Assembly: GCF_001949145.1 (NCBI RefSeq)
Contig: NW_019091360.1
Span: forward strand, 2,043,599 to 2,107,598
DNA from: Acanthaster planci
Taxonomy: Eukaryota
Direction of reading: 5' to 3'
DNA: 64,000 nucleotides
Positions 1-13,400 of this stretch are shown here, piece after piece. Position 1 is the first letter of the stretch; each line of letters begins with the position of its first letter. Made by a program: the position numbers and the translations under genes. The notes below the pieces were generated by a model. The model saw nothing but the letters and a program-made list of their open reading frames with translations. It had not been told where the DNA came from and did not search any database.

Positions 1-1149
1 GCAAACTCTTGAAAAAAATCATATTTCTTTAAAACTTTACCACTTCTTGTCAAGCCAAGTTCATGTATTTGGCAAGTAAAATGCTTGTTAGAGACTTGGA
101 GTTTCTAGCTTTGTTGTGAATTGGACTTCTTTTATATTTTCCAGGTTATCTAACCACCAGCATGGCTGCTTCCATGAATGGTCTACCCACTGCTCAGCAT
201 ACAGCATACAGCATAACGTCCATCATTGGTGCTTCCTTCATCAGTACAGTATTCAGCCATCTTATGCCTGTCAGTCCAACAAAAATGGTAAGGAGATAAC
301 CATATGAACCACATTATGCGGTCTTACATGTACATGTACAGTGGCGCACCATGCATTGTCATTGGGTAGGTTGTGACTTCACGGACTGAATATTCCAGAA
401 ATGTACAGATTTAAAGAAAACTTGCGAGGGCATCAATGAGTCATCTACCGTTACTTTCATCAACGTGAGCCTCCCAAGAATTCTTGTCAGAAATATCCTG
501 GAAATGAGTGCAGTTACTGTAGTGGACCAGGAAATCCTGAGGCATATGGTTTCCTTGACGAACGTCATTGAGAACTTTCAAGGATCATCACCCATCTTCG
601 CCATATGGTGAAACGTTACCTAGTCAGCATAGTCAGCAAAATAAGGCCCGTTTGTAGAACACAACACAGTAGATAGAGCATGTTTCTTTCAGACTTCAAG
701 TGTGAATTTACTTATTGTAGGTCTGGCAGTGTGGCGCTATGCCCTCAATGAGGCTGGGCTATCTGCCCCCCACTTAACATATTTCTAATTTGCAACAGTG
801 CATTTTTTTCGCAAGGGGAGCCTTTAATAGTTTTTGAAGTAGTTCTTTGTAATAATTTTAACACCCAAATTGTGATTATTGAACACACGTATGGTTCTTG
901 CGCAGCGCCCATTTTTCCGAGACGGGTCAGCAAAAATGTATACTTTCCCACTGCACTGCTCAGTGCACAAAGGCTAGCCATGTGTGGTTTTCAACTTCAA
1001 ATGACTGTAATAGCAACACCGCGTATGTCAGAACCCCGGAATGAACTGGTTTGTTTGCTTCGTAAGAGTCCACAAGGCAAAAAGTAATGGGGTGGTTGTT
1101 GAGGTTGGAGGCCCTGACCTTAAACCACAGGGAGGCCATTGCCATGTGA

Positions 1150-2139
1150 GTGAGTCAAATCACAAGGATCTACACGTAAACTCTGGGCTATAACATTGCT
1201 CCTTCCAGCAGTGTGGACAATCTTGAGTGGATAAGGTTGCAAAATCAAACTCCACTGAAATAATCTTTGGTTCTTGGTCTTAACCTTAGACACAAGTGGG
1301 TTGTGATCAGTACAAATGATCGTTTCTCTGACACTATTTGTAATGTACACGTCATAGTGTTGTAAGGCATGAATCAAGCCCTATGCCTCATTTTCGATGG
1401 TGGAATATTTTGCTTGGTGTTTATTCAACTTCTTTGAGAAGTAACTGATTAGTTGCTCGATGCCCGATTCATCGTCTTGGAGCCAAACCGCTCCCACACC
1501 AACATGACTGGCGTCAATGGCTATTTTGAATGCCATGTTGACCTTCGGCACAGCAAGAGCGGGTTTGTTAAGATTGTCTTCAATTTCTCAAATGTATTTT
1601 GGCATGAGTCAGACCAAACAAACTTCACATTCGTCTGCAAGAGTTTAGTCAGGAGAGTACACATGTAGCAATAGTGCTGAAGTTTGGGACAAACTTTTGA
1701 ATAGCCTGACTCTTCACATTCTTCACATCAACAGCATGAATCGCCATTAATGTGTGACCAAGTTTATCAGAACAGACTTTTTGCACCTTTGAAATAGGTC
1801 TGACAAATCTCTCAATTGGTCATCGCTCAAATGGTCAAGGATTTTGTCTTAGTTGGCAAGAATTTCTGAATTTGAAAGCTGAACAGCCAGAAACTCAAGT
1901 TCAGATTTGTGGTCTCATGGTCTTGATCATTGTCGGACTCAACAACAGCTATCCCCCAGGTTGACCAGGGTTCTCACACTCGTCATATGTCTTGAGCATG
2001 TTCACATGACAAACTCTCTGGCTTTTCCTTTGATCTGGGGGTACTGATAACATCATTGACATCATGGACTTTCTTTTTTACACAGTAGGGCCTACTGAAT
2101 TTGCTTTAAATTGCTCACCAGGCAGAGGCAACAGCACAA
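1150..2139 (-). mobile_element. Degenerate Gmr1-like Ty3/Gypsy pol: integrase C-terminus, RT remnant and RNase H
   Basis: Minus-strand translation gives integrase GPY/F-like VLLPLPGEQFKAK..GPY..RVCHVNMLK (~1990-2139), then RNase H FKIAIDASHVGVGAV..ISYFSKKLNKHQAKYSTIE..ICTDHNPL..FQWSLILQPY (1150-1530). Stops and frameshifts present. Confidence 0.85.
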
Positions 2140-3712
2140 GGCAGGTTCCTCAAAATATGGACCACTAGATAATGTTCGACTTTGGGGGTTCATTTTTCCT
2201 GAAGTGAACAGCCGTGAATTTCCAATGTTTGATGTAATGAGGGAAGTCATGGCTGATATTTGGAACAGTGATGACTGTGTCCATCTTTCAACTGAATTGG
2301 AGTTAATTAATTAAAGTCTCGAGCGTCAGCATTTAGACGGACATGAACTCCCTGTTGAAATCCGAGCCAATAGAATTTACTGAGGAGTGATAATCCCTGA
2401 GGTTATTTTACACAGATTTGTATGTATATCTGGTGAAAGGTTGTAATATTTACACATATTAAAACCATAATCACGAAATTAAAAAGTACATGTACATGTA
2501 CCTCTCATAATTAATTGGGTCCTGAAGTCGGCTGTCAGAAACATCATTCAACTCTGTCATTAGTGTCAAAAAATCGACTGCAAAAAAGCAAGTAAAATCC
2601 ATATATTGATGTACAACACAAGCTTTAAAAAAGAGTGCAAAAAAGCACCGCCAAACTATCATCCTTTTACGACTGGACCAATCACATTTTTTTTTCAAGT
2701 ACCGGTACGTTTCCGAAAACTGCAGTCCAAAATACCAATTGTAGCGATTTTGCGGCTTCCATCAATCTCTCGCAGTGACGTTAGAGAAATATTTTGCTGC
2801 ATCGTGGCCTGTTTGACCGTTGACATCAACCCAGATAGTGCACCCTCTTTTTCATTCGATATTCATGAGCCCCTCCACGGAATGGCGACGCTCCACGATT
2901 TTTCTCTTCGGAACAATTTTTCTCAAAAGAAAATCTGTCATTCTTAATGGCGTTTGCAAAAGAATGACGTTCAAGACATAAAATACGATTCATGATGAAA
3001 ATCTAATGCTCAGAGTTATTGATTTTAATTTTATTTTTAGCGGAGTTATCTCCAAAATAACCGGCAAAATGAAAATCGCGCATGGAATTTTCGAGCACTA
3101 CAGGTGACAGCATTTTCGGCATTCTTGAACATCATGCAGTTTGTCAAAATTCTCGAAAGTCATCAAATTCTGTCAAATATGACGTTCGCAATGAACATAT
3201 TGCACTCATAAATTTTTGATGCAGCCAAACGTAAAGATAATTTTTGGTGGTCGAAAGATACAAGACCTGGCAAATATGTTGGTATAGTGAGAGTGATTAT
3301 AAACAGTAAGAGAATGAAGACAGCCAAACTTTTCTCATCATTTTCCGTCAATTTTGTGCTCTTTTTTCCGTGGCTTATATTTTTAAAAAGTTATTTCTTA
3401 GGTGCTTTAAAATATATCAGTCGAAAAATATACTGAATTCTCCTTCTTTGTTGAGAAAAGTTTTTAAATCAAGTCCTCTGGTGTGAACACCTTGACGTAA
3501 AACTTTAAATGAATTCAACTCCATTTGATTTGCACTGGTAGCCAACCAAATGTCCACCATAAGTACATATTATGCCTAATTATCCCCATATAATCATTTT
3601 TATAAATCTGAAGGTGCAAATTTGTATTTTACGTGATCAAAGTCACTCTTTTAGAAGTTTTGAAAAATGACATCCGGAGTTGCATTTTGGTCCATTTTAT
3701 GAAGAACATGCC
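2140..3712. mobile_element. Non-autonomous TIR DNA transposon with 4-bp TSD (ACAA), inserted in the Gmr1-like integrase
   Basis: Left end GGCAGGTTCCTCAAAATATGGACCA; right end reverse complement GGCATGTTCTTCATAAAATGGACCA; ACAA on both flanks. Removing the element restores the integrase text KVLVLLPLPG. Confidence 0.85.
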
Positions 3713-4057
3713 ACAAGCACTTTTTGCCAGGTTTGCAGACGCGGACTTCAGACTTCTTGTCAGCTCTAGTTTTCATTGCTTGCTGAGACACCTTGAGATG
3801 TTCTTGTGCCACGGATCAAGCTTTGGACAGCCTCTCCTTGAAGTTTGACCCATGCATGTAGTCAAGCCAATTGGTCTCGTCGTCCACTGCCAGAAATCTC
3901 TCCTTAATGAGTTTCAAAGGCCCCCTCACCTCATAGCTGGACACCAACTCAAAACGGTGTAAACCTAGTTGACTCATTCGGTGAGTCCCTTGTTGCAAAC
4001 AACAGAAACGGGATGCCCTTGTCCCAGTCTTCTGGAAAATTCTTGCAGTAAGCTTTG
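3713..4057 (-). mobile_element. Gmr1-like Gypsy integrase core fragment
   Basis: FPEDWDKGIPFLLFATRDSPNESTRFTPFELV..EVRGPLKLIKE; continuous with 1150-2139 once the TIR element is removed. Confidence 0.85.
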
Positions 4058-4335
4058 TGTAAAGAACTGGTGAAAATATACATGCACCATTGATGTGGAT
4101 CAGGAAAATGGTTTTATTCTCGTCATGTAAGGCTGTAGAAATGAAGTGAAAGTGAATAACAGAAAATGCACACGTAACATTTATGATACACAGAAAGAAA
4201 GTAAAAAAGTATATTTAGGACTGTAGTGTTGAGAGTCCCAAAAGTCCCGGTAGCCAGGTTAAAAGGTAAAGTTCAAAAAGGGTAGGGAACAAAGTTACTT
4301 TTCTTAAACTTGGCATTAAGTCCTTCGATACTACA
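4058..4335 (-). repeat. 3' LTR of the Mag-like Gypsy element
   Basis: On the minus strand: polypurine tract AAGGAGGAGGAG directly followed by TGTAGTATC..., an internal AATAAA (~4113-4118), and an end at ...CTTTACA abutting the interrupted Gmr1 integrase. Confidence 0.7.
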
Positions 4336-6703
4336 CTCCTCCTCCTTATAGCGAAATGTGTCCAAGTGGAAATATACATGTACATGTATTCCAATGTGCA
4401 TCAATATTGAATGATTTTGAAGTTTGAATCCAACTCATTCTTTTTTTTAATCAACTATATAGCAACTACATGTACATGTACATGTGCTTTTTTGTCAACT
4501 AACGCTACTTACATGTACATGTATGTACATGCACATGCGCATGCACATTCAAGTGCAGGGGTGCACTGCCCTGACTTGAAACAGACCACACAGGGGACTA
4601 TTCTGCCTCCAATGTGAGCAGCTGTATCCACCTACATTTTGGTTCGCGAGTTATTTATCCGTGAAGCCATTACGTTCAGGCGGGTTTCTGATACGTAAAT
4701 GATATTTTCTGTCAAGTGTTGGATCGAATTGTGGCTCGATTGAAGCTTGTTGTGGTTGAGGATTATTAGAAGGATTATTGGCATGGTAGTACCCGTTCCA
4801 AAGTTAATTTCACTGTCCAAATTTGGAGAGGCACAAGCTGGTTTGACCAGACGTTATTGATTGAGGATGTGGTCCAGGTGACGATGGATTTTACATCTGT
4901 TATGGTCAAGTCAGATCTTGTAAGACACCAAACCTGAGGTACATGTACCTGTGATAATGCCTGGTAACCATTGGTGACCAGCCTTTGTAAAGTTGCGAAC
5001 GAAAACGGTGTCACCAATCTGGAAAACGTATGTCTACGCACGCTTGTCATAATGCCGGTTTTGATTTTCTTAATGGTGAATGACCCGCTTTGTGACATCA
5101 GGCCAAAGATGGTCGAGATGAGAACGTACATGTAGACGATGAGCCATTAACATTTTCGCGGGAGATACTGTGCAGAGTGATCCTGTACTGAAACAAGAAT
5201 GTTGTTTCAGTTGTTCCTGTTTCCATTCATTTTACAGCATGCTTGACAGTTCGCACAGCGCATTCAGCTAGTCCGTTAGAGGCCGGGTGATAGGGAGATG
5301 TGCGAATGGGCAGGATACCAGTCTTTGTCATGAATTCGTGAAAATTCCGCGCAAGCGAAGGGTATTCCATTGTCGGATACCACTTTATCCGGCAATCCAT
5401 TGGTCGCGAATGCCTGTCTCAGTTTCTCTATTGTTGCATAAGTGGTGGCGTGGTTTATTGGAAAAAACCTCCATCTATTTGGAATGCCAATCCGCAACAT
5501 CGAGGAACATCTTGCCTATGAAGGGGCCTGCATAGTCAATATGCAATCTGAACCAGAGGTGGTCAGACCATTTCCAGGGATGCAGTTTGCTCTTCGGAGG
5601 CATCGGTTGATCTTGCTGGCAGCTGTGGCATCTTTTGACCTCCATTTCTATATCTGCATCCATCTTAGGCCCCCAAGTGAGCCATTTGGCGATACTTTTC
5701 ATCCCGGATATGCCTGGGTGACCTTCGTGAAGGCTATGGAGATCGCGCTTTCACCCTTGGGTGGTGGACCATCACTCGATTGCCCCACATGAGGCAACCA
5801 TCTCGCACAGAAAGTTCTGTACTATGAACTCTGTAAGTTTCATATCCTACTCCACCCTATCGTGTGAAGGCCAACCTTCCCTCACCATGCGAAGTACATG
5901 TACATGTATCTTGGACAGCAAGGGATCACCAAGTTTGAATGTGTGATGCGGAGAGAGGAGATGTGTCAAAGTTGTCCATTAGCAGAACAGTCTTGGCGGG
6001 AACCGGGACTTTGGCAGTGAGTGGTAGGCAAGGATAAAAGACTCAGCGCATTTGCATTTCCGTGGGCTGTTGACAAGTTGAAGACCAGCGTGTAGTTGTA
6101 CAGTACATGTGTATGGCTAAGGTAAGAGCCAATCGTTGAATGCAAGCAGATCGAGGTTTAAGGTGGTACTGCTCTTCTTTCATTAAAGAGGCTCAGGAGA
6201 GGCTTAAGCGCTTATGGTTGGTCACTAACGTAAAATGACAACCATAGATGTGTCTGTGAAACTTAGTTACACCAAACACGCAGGCGAGGCCCTCCTTTTT
6301 GAGCTGCAAATACTTCTCTGCCAGAGCCAATTTGCGTGAGGCAAAACCGACTAGTTTTTCTGAACCATCCGGCATTCTGTAGGCAAGGACTGCACCGATC
6401 CCATATTGTGATGCATCACAGGATACGATGACATCTTTCTTGGGGTCGCATCAACAGTGTAGCGAGATGAGACTGGTCATCAGTGTCTGTGATCAAGATA
6501 TCATTGAGGTACATGTATACAGTCACGGTATACCTGGCAAAATTGTGGGCACAGAGGCAACACCAAAATGTAAGCGGTTGTAGCGGAACAAGCCGCGATG
6601 GGTGTTGATGACCACGTAGGCATGCAACTCCTCATCCAGGATCACCCGTTGATCTATGCTTGTGAGAGGTCAAGCTTGGTGAATTTAGTTCCACCCACAA
6701 GCC
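4336..6703 (-). mobile_element. Degenerate 5'-truncated Mag-like (K02A2.6-type) Gypsy pol: RT, RNase H, integrase
   Basis: FTKLDLSQA (RT); PDGSEKLVGFASRKL..KEGLACVFGVTKFH (RNase H); VKRCHSCQ..LHPWKW..WFRLHIDYAGP and GLPDKVVSDNG (integrase); FQIGDTVFVRNF..HRHLDHI (C-terminus). Many stops and frameshifts. Confidence 0.9.
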
Positions 6704-7290
6704 ACTTTTGCTGCTTTAACACTAGCATATTCACTTCACTGTTCCTCTGAAAGTGTGGCATAGACTTTGTGATCCTTACCCACAAATGCGTTTTGCAAAA
6801 GCAAAGGCCAATACTTCTCTGGCCAATCAAGCTTTTTGGCAGTTTTCTCAAAAGACAGGAAATATGTTTCAACATCCTACTTGCTGAATTTTGTCACCAG
6901 CCTCACATTTTTACTAGATCAAAATCAGTTGAAGTACTCTCTTTCCTTTTGTTCTTTTCAGCACTTAATTCCAGCTGTTTATCTTAAGTTCATGTTTGAG
7001 TTCAGGGTAATTCCACCGTTACGGGCGTTACATTCATAGACAACTTCAAACACTTAATTGATAAACAAATCTATTTGCAATTGGAAGAACAGTTTATTTC
7101 TTCTCACACTTGTAGAAAATATGTTAGTGTTTAACATAATTGAGTTCAAGCTTAATTTACTTGTCTTTCATTTTCCTTTTCTTTTTCTCTTTCTTGCCTT
7201 TCAAACTCAAGCCTGAGTCTTTCCTTGTCCAGCTCAAGTTTGGCAAGCTCAATTTCCTTATCGGTAGTTTGCAGAGACTGGGGCATTTCT
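6704..7290 (-). mobile_element. Gmr1-like Gypsy gag fragment
   Basis: Minus strand: Glu/Lys-rich coiled-coil-like region followed by DVETYFLSFEKTAKKLDWPEKYWPLLLQNAFVGK, typical of this Gag type. Confidence 0.75.
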
Positions 7291-7445
7291 TTAAATGATC
7301 AAATCGAGATCCAAGTACAAGAATTTGTGTCTTTTCAAAGTTGGGGTGCAGAAAATTACGTAGGCATGCACTTTCTCATCCAGGATCAGCTGTTGATATG
7401 CTTGTGAAAGGTCAAGCTTGGTGAATTTAGTTCCACCCACAAGCC

Positions 7446-7870
7446 CAAGTACAAGAATTTGTGTCTTTTCAAAGTTGGGGTGCAGAAAATTGCGACTCAT
7501 CCATGCATGGAAGTGGCAGAGACAGTCGTGCATCTGGTTAAATGATGTGGGAGTATCAGCATTGGGAGCAAACACTACCACATTGTGGTTTCTGGCAATG
7601 TCACCCAGGGGCAACGTGTACGTTGTAAAGAGAATGGGACCCAGGACAGAGCCCTGTGGGACTCCACAATCAAAGGACCGCAGGTCAGATTCTTTGTCAT
7701 TAATGTACGCTATTTGATTCTCAATCTGTGAGGTAAGACTTGATCCATTGTAGAGCTAGACCAGTGATGCCAAGCCTGTCATATAAACGTTGCAATAGAA
7801 GTTGATGATCTACCATGTCAAAGGCAGAGGATACATGTATATCAAGGAGAACAAGAAGAACTGATGGTTG
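7446..7870 (-). mobile_element. L2/CR1-type LINE reverse transcriptase fragment
   Basis: LVLLDI[HV][14 protein letters not shown] and GVPQGSVLGPILFTTYTLPLGDIAR..HAWMSRNFLHPNFEKTQIL. Confidence 0.85.
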
Positions 7871-8115
7871 TCACTGGCAGAATATTCTGCAAGAATGCCT
7901 ACAAGCTTGGGTTTCTTCACTCCCTGCGAAATTTCAAGATGAAGAAATTTACCAATTTCATGCAATGCCTCTTTTGTTAGCTAGCTGTCGCAGTTTGTCG
8001 AATGACAATCTTCTTGTGCATCAAACTTAGCCATGATTAATATACAATCAGTTAGCAACAACACAACAACCTTGTTTGACAATGTGAAGAAGAATTTGGC
8101 TTGTTGTTTCTTTGC

Positions 8116-8140
8116 AGGTCAAGCCCCCAATTTGTTACCA
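8116..8140 (-). other. Degenerate tRNA-Pro primer-binding site and 5' LTR end of the Gmr1-like element
   Basis: Minus strand reads ...GGTAACA AATTGGGGGCTTGACC, resembling an LTR end followed by the tRNA-Pro PBS TGGGGGCTCGTCC, upstream of gag. Confidence 0.55.
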
Positions 8141-10116
8141 TCCGAAAAACTCCAAACAATGTTTAATTGTTCTAAAGCTTGATTTTTCTCTGATGCAACA
8201 AAGAAATCAAACCAAATCACACTGATACATGTAAGGAATAAATAAACAATTATGATTTAATGAGAATGCTGCACTTACATGACGCTTGTCAACAATAAGG
8301 ATAACTGTGAAATTGCTGATTTGAACTAGTTTACAATAATACTCAAGGATAAAGAATCAATAAAATATTTTATATAAAAAAAGTTCTTACAGGCAAGAGC
8401 TTGGCAGGCACTACTGACAGTGAAGAATGCTGGACTCTACATATGGCAAAAACTGTTCACTCCTTGACGGTCCAAAATTGACGACTTCTCACAGCCTGTG
8501 TACAGTAGAATTGTTGCCCAAAATCTCTCGAGATGTGTGTCACTCTCTAGCTCTTTTGCTCTCTCTCACTTTGTCTGCCAGGGTCTGTCTTTTTAGTCTA
8601 CAACTCTTCTGGAAATTTCTTAATTTCTTCAAAGTTCTTATTACATAAATTTCTTAAAATTGACTTTTAGCATTACGTACTTCATAATCTTACAAGAAAC
8701 TTCCAGAACATCCACTGGAAAACTCAAGATACATATACATGTACACTGTAACTCTGGAATACAGTGAGGTCATTCATTGTAGCCTGAGGTCAAATATGGA
8801 TCATGCATAGTCTGGTGTGCTACCATTAGATCGTCTGTTACATGTACAGAGACTGCATGTGTAGACATAACACTTTGTCTCTATGACCTTTGTGCACTAC
8901 CTCCATGCTTTGTGCAGCTACATAAACCATGTTACCCTTCAAGAAACTTCATTGTACTTCATAATTATTTAGATACATTGTATTTGGTTTTGTGTTTTTT
9001 TTTTAAGTATGCTTTTAAGTTTTAAACTGAAAGGAAGCTGCTAATCTGTCCTTTTGATGCATGGTATTCTCTATCATGTCTGTCAAAGCTAAGAAATATT
9101 TGTAGCTCACATACGTGACAACATTTAAGTCAGAAAAACTAGCCATAAAATTAGTGTCAAGTACATGTGCTTTAATTCAAAGGAAAATTGAAGGTAGACT
9201 TAGACAGTGCTGACTAAAAATTGTAATTGTTCTATCACCGTGGGTCAATACATGTGTTGAAACGTAGACATTATGGGGAACGAAAATATTAACAAGAACA
9301 AGTTTGGTTGACACAGCTTGCTTCCGATAAGTACTCTTAAAGAAATTGCCCCTTTCACCCTCCTTCTGCTGTAACAGTGTCGGCAGGACACGGACTCATA
9401 CCGTAGGCATAGGGGTCATTTGACCGCTGGTAGTTTTGGCTGATAGGACAACCTTGTCGAGAATGTACATGTATCTTTGCATCCGAGGTTAATGCAATGA
9501 AGGCCTAACAGCAAGATTGCTCTTTGCATGGGCACTGTAGATGGATCAAAATGGAAAAGACACCTGTGCAGAAAGATAGTTTTTGCTTCCGGGAATCTTT
9601 ATTGCAAAATTTCAATACTTTTGATTTGTTCAGCAATCTTGGCTTACGATGTCGATGTTGGATATTTTTCTGGCGATTCGTGATAATGGTAAAGTTTGTA
9701 ACTGGTACAACCTTCATGATAATCACGGACTGGTGCATTGTCTGATATCCACTACCTTGTTGTGTGTTAATTGAAGGGGGAAAAAACACATTGATCACTA
9801 CTGAGAGAAATTTAATAACTTTTTGCCTCTAATGAATGCAGGGTTTTGCTTGTTAATCCAGACACTCGGCCCTCTGTGATATAAACCAAATCACATTTAC
9901 CTACATGTAAAAGAGTTTCTAAAAACACTGGGGCAAAATAAATGAAACTCCAAATTCAACCTTTCAAAGTCCTTGTGTCATGTCACTTTTTGAAACCCCT
10001 AGATTTCTAGTCTGTAAATTTGGAACTGTTGGAGACTTGGAAGCCCGTTTCTTGTCCACAATTCCAAAATGAATAATTGCCTGAATTTTTCTTTGATTCT
10101 CCCTCAGACATGTCAG

Positions 10117-10199
10117 ATTGATGAGAGACACTGCCTTCATAGATGTCTACAGGAGGGCGACCCTCTCCAGTTTGGACAAGAGTTCTTGGACTTTAAAAG
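10117..10199 (+). other. Reiterated exon-like module A, copy 4 (inverted relative to the others)
   Basis: Pyrimidine tract and CAG|ATTGATGAGAGACACTG...GACAAGAGTTCTTGGACT...AAG|GTAAGATTT; homologous to 22103-22187, 31289-31374 and 41702-41788. Confidence 0.55.
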
Positions 10200-10297
10200 G
10201 TAAGATTTTTCATTGTCTAAACAGCACAAGGTTTTCTGGTCAATTTTAAGAGGTTTTGTTCAGTTCTGTGTGTTTCCGACTCCTCACTCCAATCTTC

Positions 10298-10430
10298 GGG
10301 TGCGTTCAAGCGAGCTACTCCTTCAAACACGAGTATACTCATGAGCACTCGAATGGCTGGAGTACAGCCCGCTGGCCATTGAGAGTGTACTCTTGCTAAC
10401 AATAACAGGAGTAACTGCATGAACGCACCT
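10298..10430. mobile_element. Small palindromic MITE (PIF/Harbinger-like)
   Basis: Ends GGGTGCGTTCA...TGAACGCACCT with an imperfect 3-bp TSD (TTC/CTC); absent from the paralogous sites at ~22000 and ~31200. Confidence 0.75.
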
Positions 10431-13400
10431 CTCATGTCGGCCTAGGTGGGATTTGAACACGGGTCACAGGGTTGGAGAGTGAGGTGTTTATTACTTCACC
10501 AGTCTGGCTCCCTTAAGTTCCTACTTACGGTTCCTAAATTTAAATGTCCTGGTACAGTACAATGCCGTTATACTGAATACTTCCATACCAAAGTATTACA
10601 TGTAGGTATACCAAAAAAATTCCCCCTTGCTCTCAAATTTTCCGCATACTTTACGAAGCGTTGAAAAATTTAAGTACTAAAATATTGGGAACTGATGGTT
10701 CAAGGAAAACCTTACTTTCAAAGGAACTACAGTCAACACACAGCATAGTCACTAATTGTGGACCGAACACATACAGGTGGCCATGTAAACCGGCCACCAA
10801 GTACTGGTACCCGGTACATGTACTATAGTACATGTACATTGTAATACAGACCTGTGACCTTAATGCAGGAAATCATACTTTGCATCAACACTACAAAGGC
10901 GTTTATATGTACATGTAGATGGACAGCTTACATGTACATGTACATTTGTGACTTTACATCCCAGAAGTCATCATTAAATATTTGTTAGTTTTGATTGTTT
11001 TCAACTTTCACTACTTTTTAACGGTTCCCATGCAGCCTACTCGTACATGTATTATACATGTAGTTCCGATGTAGCAGTGGGAACCAATGTAACCGCCTTG
11101 TGTGGTTACAAAATTTGTCAGTGATGACTTGAAATGATTGAATTTAATTGAAAACAATGCAAACTTACCATACATGTACTGTAATCTGGAAGGAAAAGAT
11201 ACATGAACCTTGAATAAACTGCAGCAATTGTTGATCGTAGTGTTTACATGTATTGATCAGATGATCGGACACAGGTGTTTGAATTCATCAGGTGATTGCT
11301 CAAATGAGTCTTTGTTTCTTGCCTTGTTCTTTTTCCAATCAAACATTCCCTGTGGTTTTTCTTTCATGCTACATGTACTTAAGACATGAGCTAAAACCTT
11401 GAACATGTACATGTACCAACCCAGATCCCGAGTGATGTATATACATGTACATGTACATGTACTCCAACGTCATCAGGTGTCATACAACAAGCAATTAATT
11501 GTTGACATTTTTTATCTTTAAAAATTTATACACAATCAATTGTGGGATACCTCATCTCGCATTTTGCAGCAATTGATTAGACAAGTTTAGGTTATTTATT
11601 TTTTCTGTGTTCATAATATCAGCTAAGCAGAAACCGGAAGTGCCTTGTAATTTACAATCGGTAATACCTGTAGATACATGTATGTACTTGCTTTTGAAAG
11701 TGTTAGTTCCCGGTGTCAGTAATGTCATGAAATACTCAAGCACCCTCGAGGTCCAAAAAATTTTTAAAATGCTTTTTCAGTTGATGTCTGTACCGAAGTT
11801 TGCTGTAATCACTTGAAAACTGGTTACTGAGAGAATATGTACAATGTACATGTATGTTACTAAGGTATTAATTTTTCTATTTAGTTTTTGTTTTGTACAG
11901 CAGATTAAAAACAGGAAAATCAACTAAATTTTTTGAACTCAACACCTTCAGTGGATTAAGCTCATGTACATGTACATTTTAATAGGGAGATTTATATGAA
12001 ATATTTTTTTACCACCAGGGAAAGAATATGAACAAGTCACTCCAGTAGGGGAGTAGTGAATCCAGAAATACACGTACACTGTATATGTCAATTCAGTAGC
12101 TTCAATGAACTCATTCACAAGCAACACATCAAACCCAATGAAAAACCTCCATATTCTAAGAGATGACCAACTGGTATTTTGGTTGTACGGTATGTCATGT
12201 GAATGTTTTGAGACATCGTGACGGCATCACAAACATCATCATTTTTATTCCACATACGTGTACGGGCAAGCTGTAATTTGTATAAAAATCAGTTTGAAGG
12301 CGCATACTTGCTCACAGCCTATTTGGGATAACATGTTTTAAATGGGGTAAAGATGAAGGCGTCATATTTACATGTGCATTTTTTTTTCCCAAATGAGAAC
12401 TACTGGTATACAGAAATCATTTCTGACCAATAGTTCATCAGTGGTCAAATTGGTACAGTAGGTTTTTTGGCAGTTTCTTCCGGGATCAGTGACATCATGA
12501 TTTCTTAATCCTATGATCCTTTGTCAGTTTGAACATTTTGTTACATTGTCTGAAAATTCTCTCCTGACTTGTCTCCGTAAATGTAGAAAAGCCCTGTGCG
12601 CTGTTTATCAAAAAGACACAGGATCTCTGTGATTGAATTTGATTTTATCATGTACCTCAGACATGTCACATGTATCTTGCACAAATGATGAGGTGTTCCA
12701 ATGATACCAATCAAATGTCTGCGACATCATCAAACCAAATCACTCCATCACCTCATGAAACACATCCCATCTAGTTTCCACTGTCATTCTGGTTTTTCTT
12801 TTTGTGAGCAATGATTCGCATCAGTTTTCTTCTAAACCAGTTGAGATATGATTTTGCATTTTAAATGTAAACCAACCCTGAACGTACATGTACATGTAAG
12901 TGGTGCATATTACTCTGATGTCATCAAGTGTCAAATAACGAGCAATTGAATTTTGATATTTTAACCCTCCTTCTGTAACCGTCAGAAACAATCGAAAATT
13001 CCTTCCACTTGATTTTCCCCAGTACACAGACACATATGGGAAATTTGACTGGTTTTGACTGATAGGACAACTGTGTCAAGATTGTGTCTTTGCATAGGAG
13101 GTTTTAACCTTTAAAATCCACATAAAATCAATTGTGAAATACGTAATTTTTTTGCAGCAATAAGTAAATTTAGGTGTTAAGTTTTGTCATAAATGTAAAT
13201 GTAAAATCACTTGACCCTCGCTGGTCAAAACCAGAAGTGCCGCCTTTTGAAATACTCCGTAGGTGAAATAACAAAATTATTTTCAATGGTGTTTTAAATC
13301 TCCCACAGAAAGATAGTTTTGTTTAAAACCGATCATGGTGATGTCATGAAATAATCCAGCACCCTCTAATGGCAGATTGACCTGATTGAAAAATGTAAAA

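Noticed and set aside
11169..11185. 17-nt minus-strand microexon (CTTTTCCTTCCAG|...|GTAAGT)
   Set aside because: Splice signals look good, but the body is mostly TACAGTACATGTA scar sequence and there is no supporting context.
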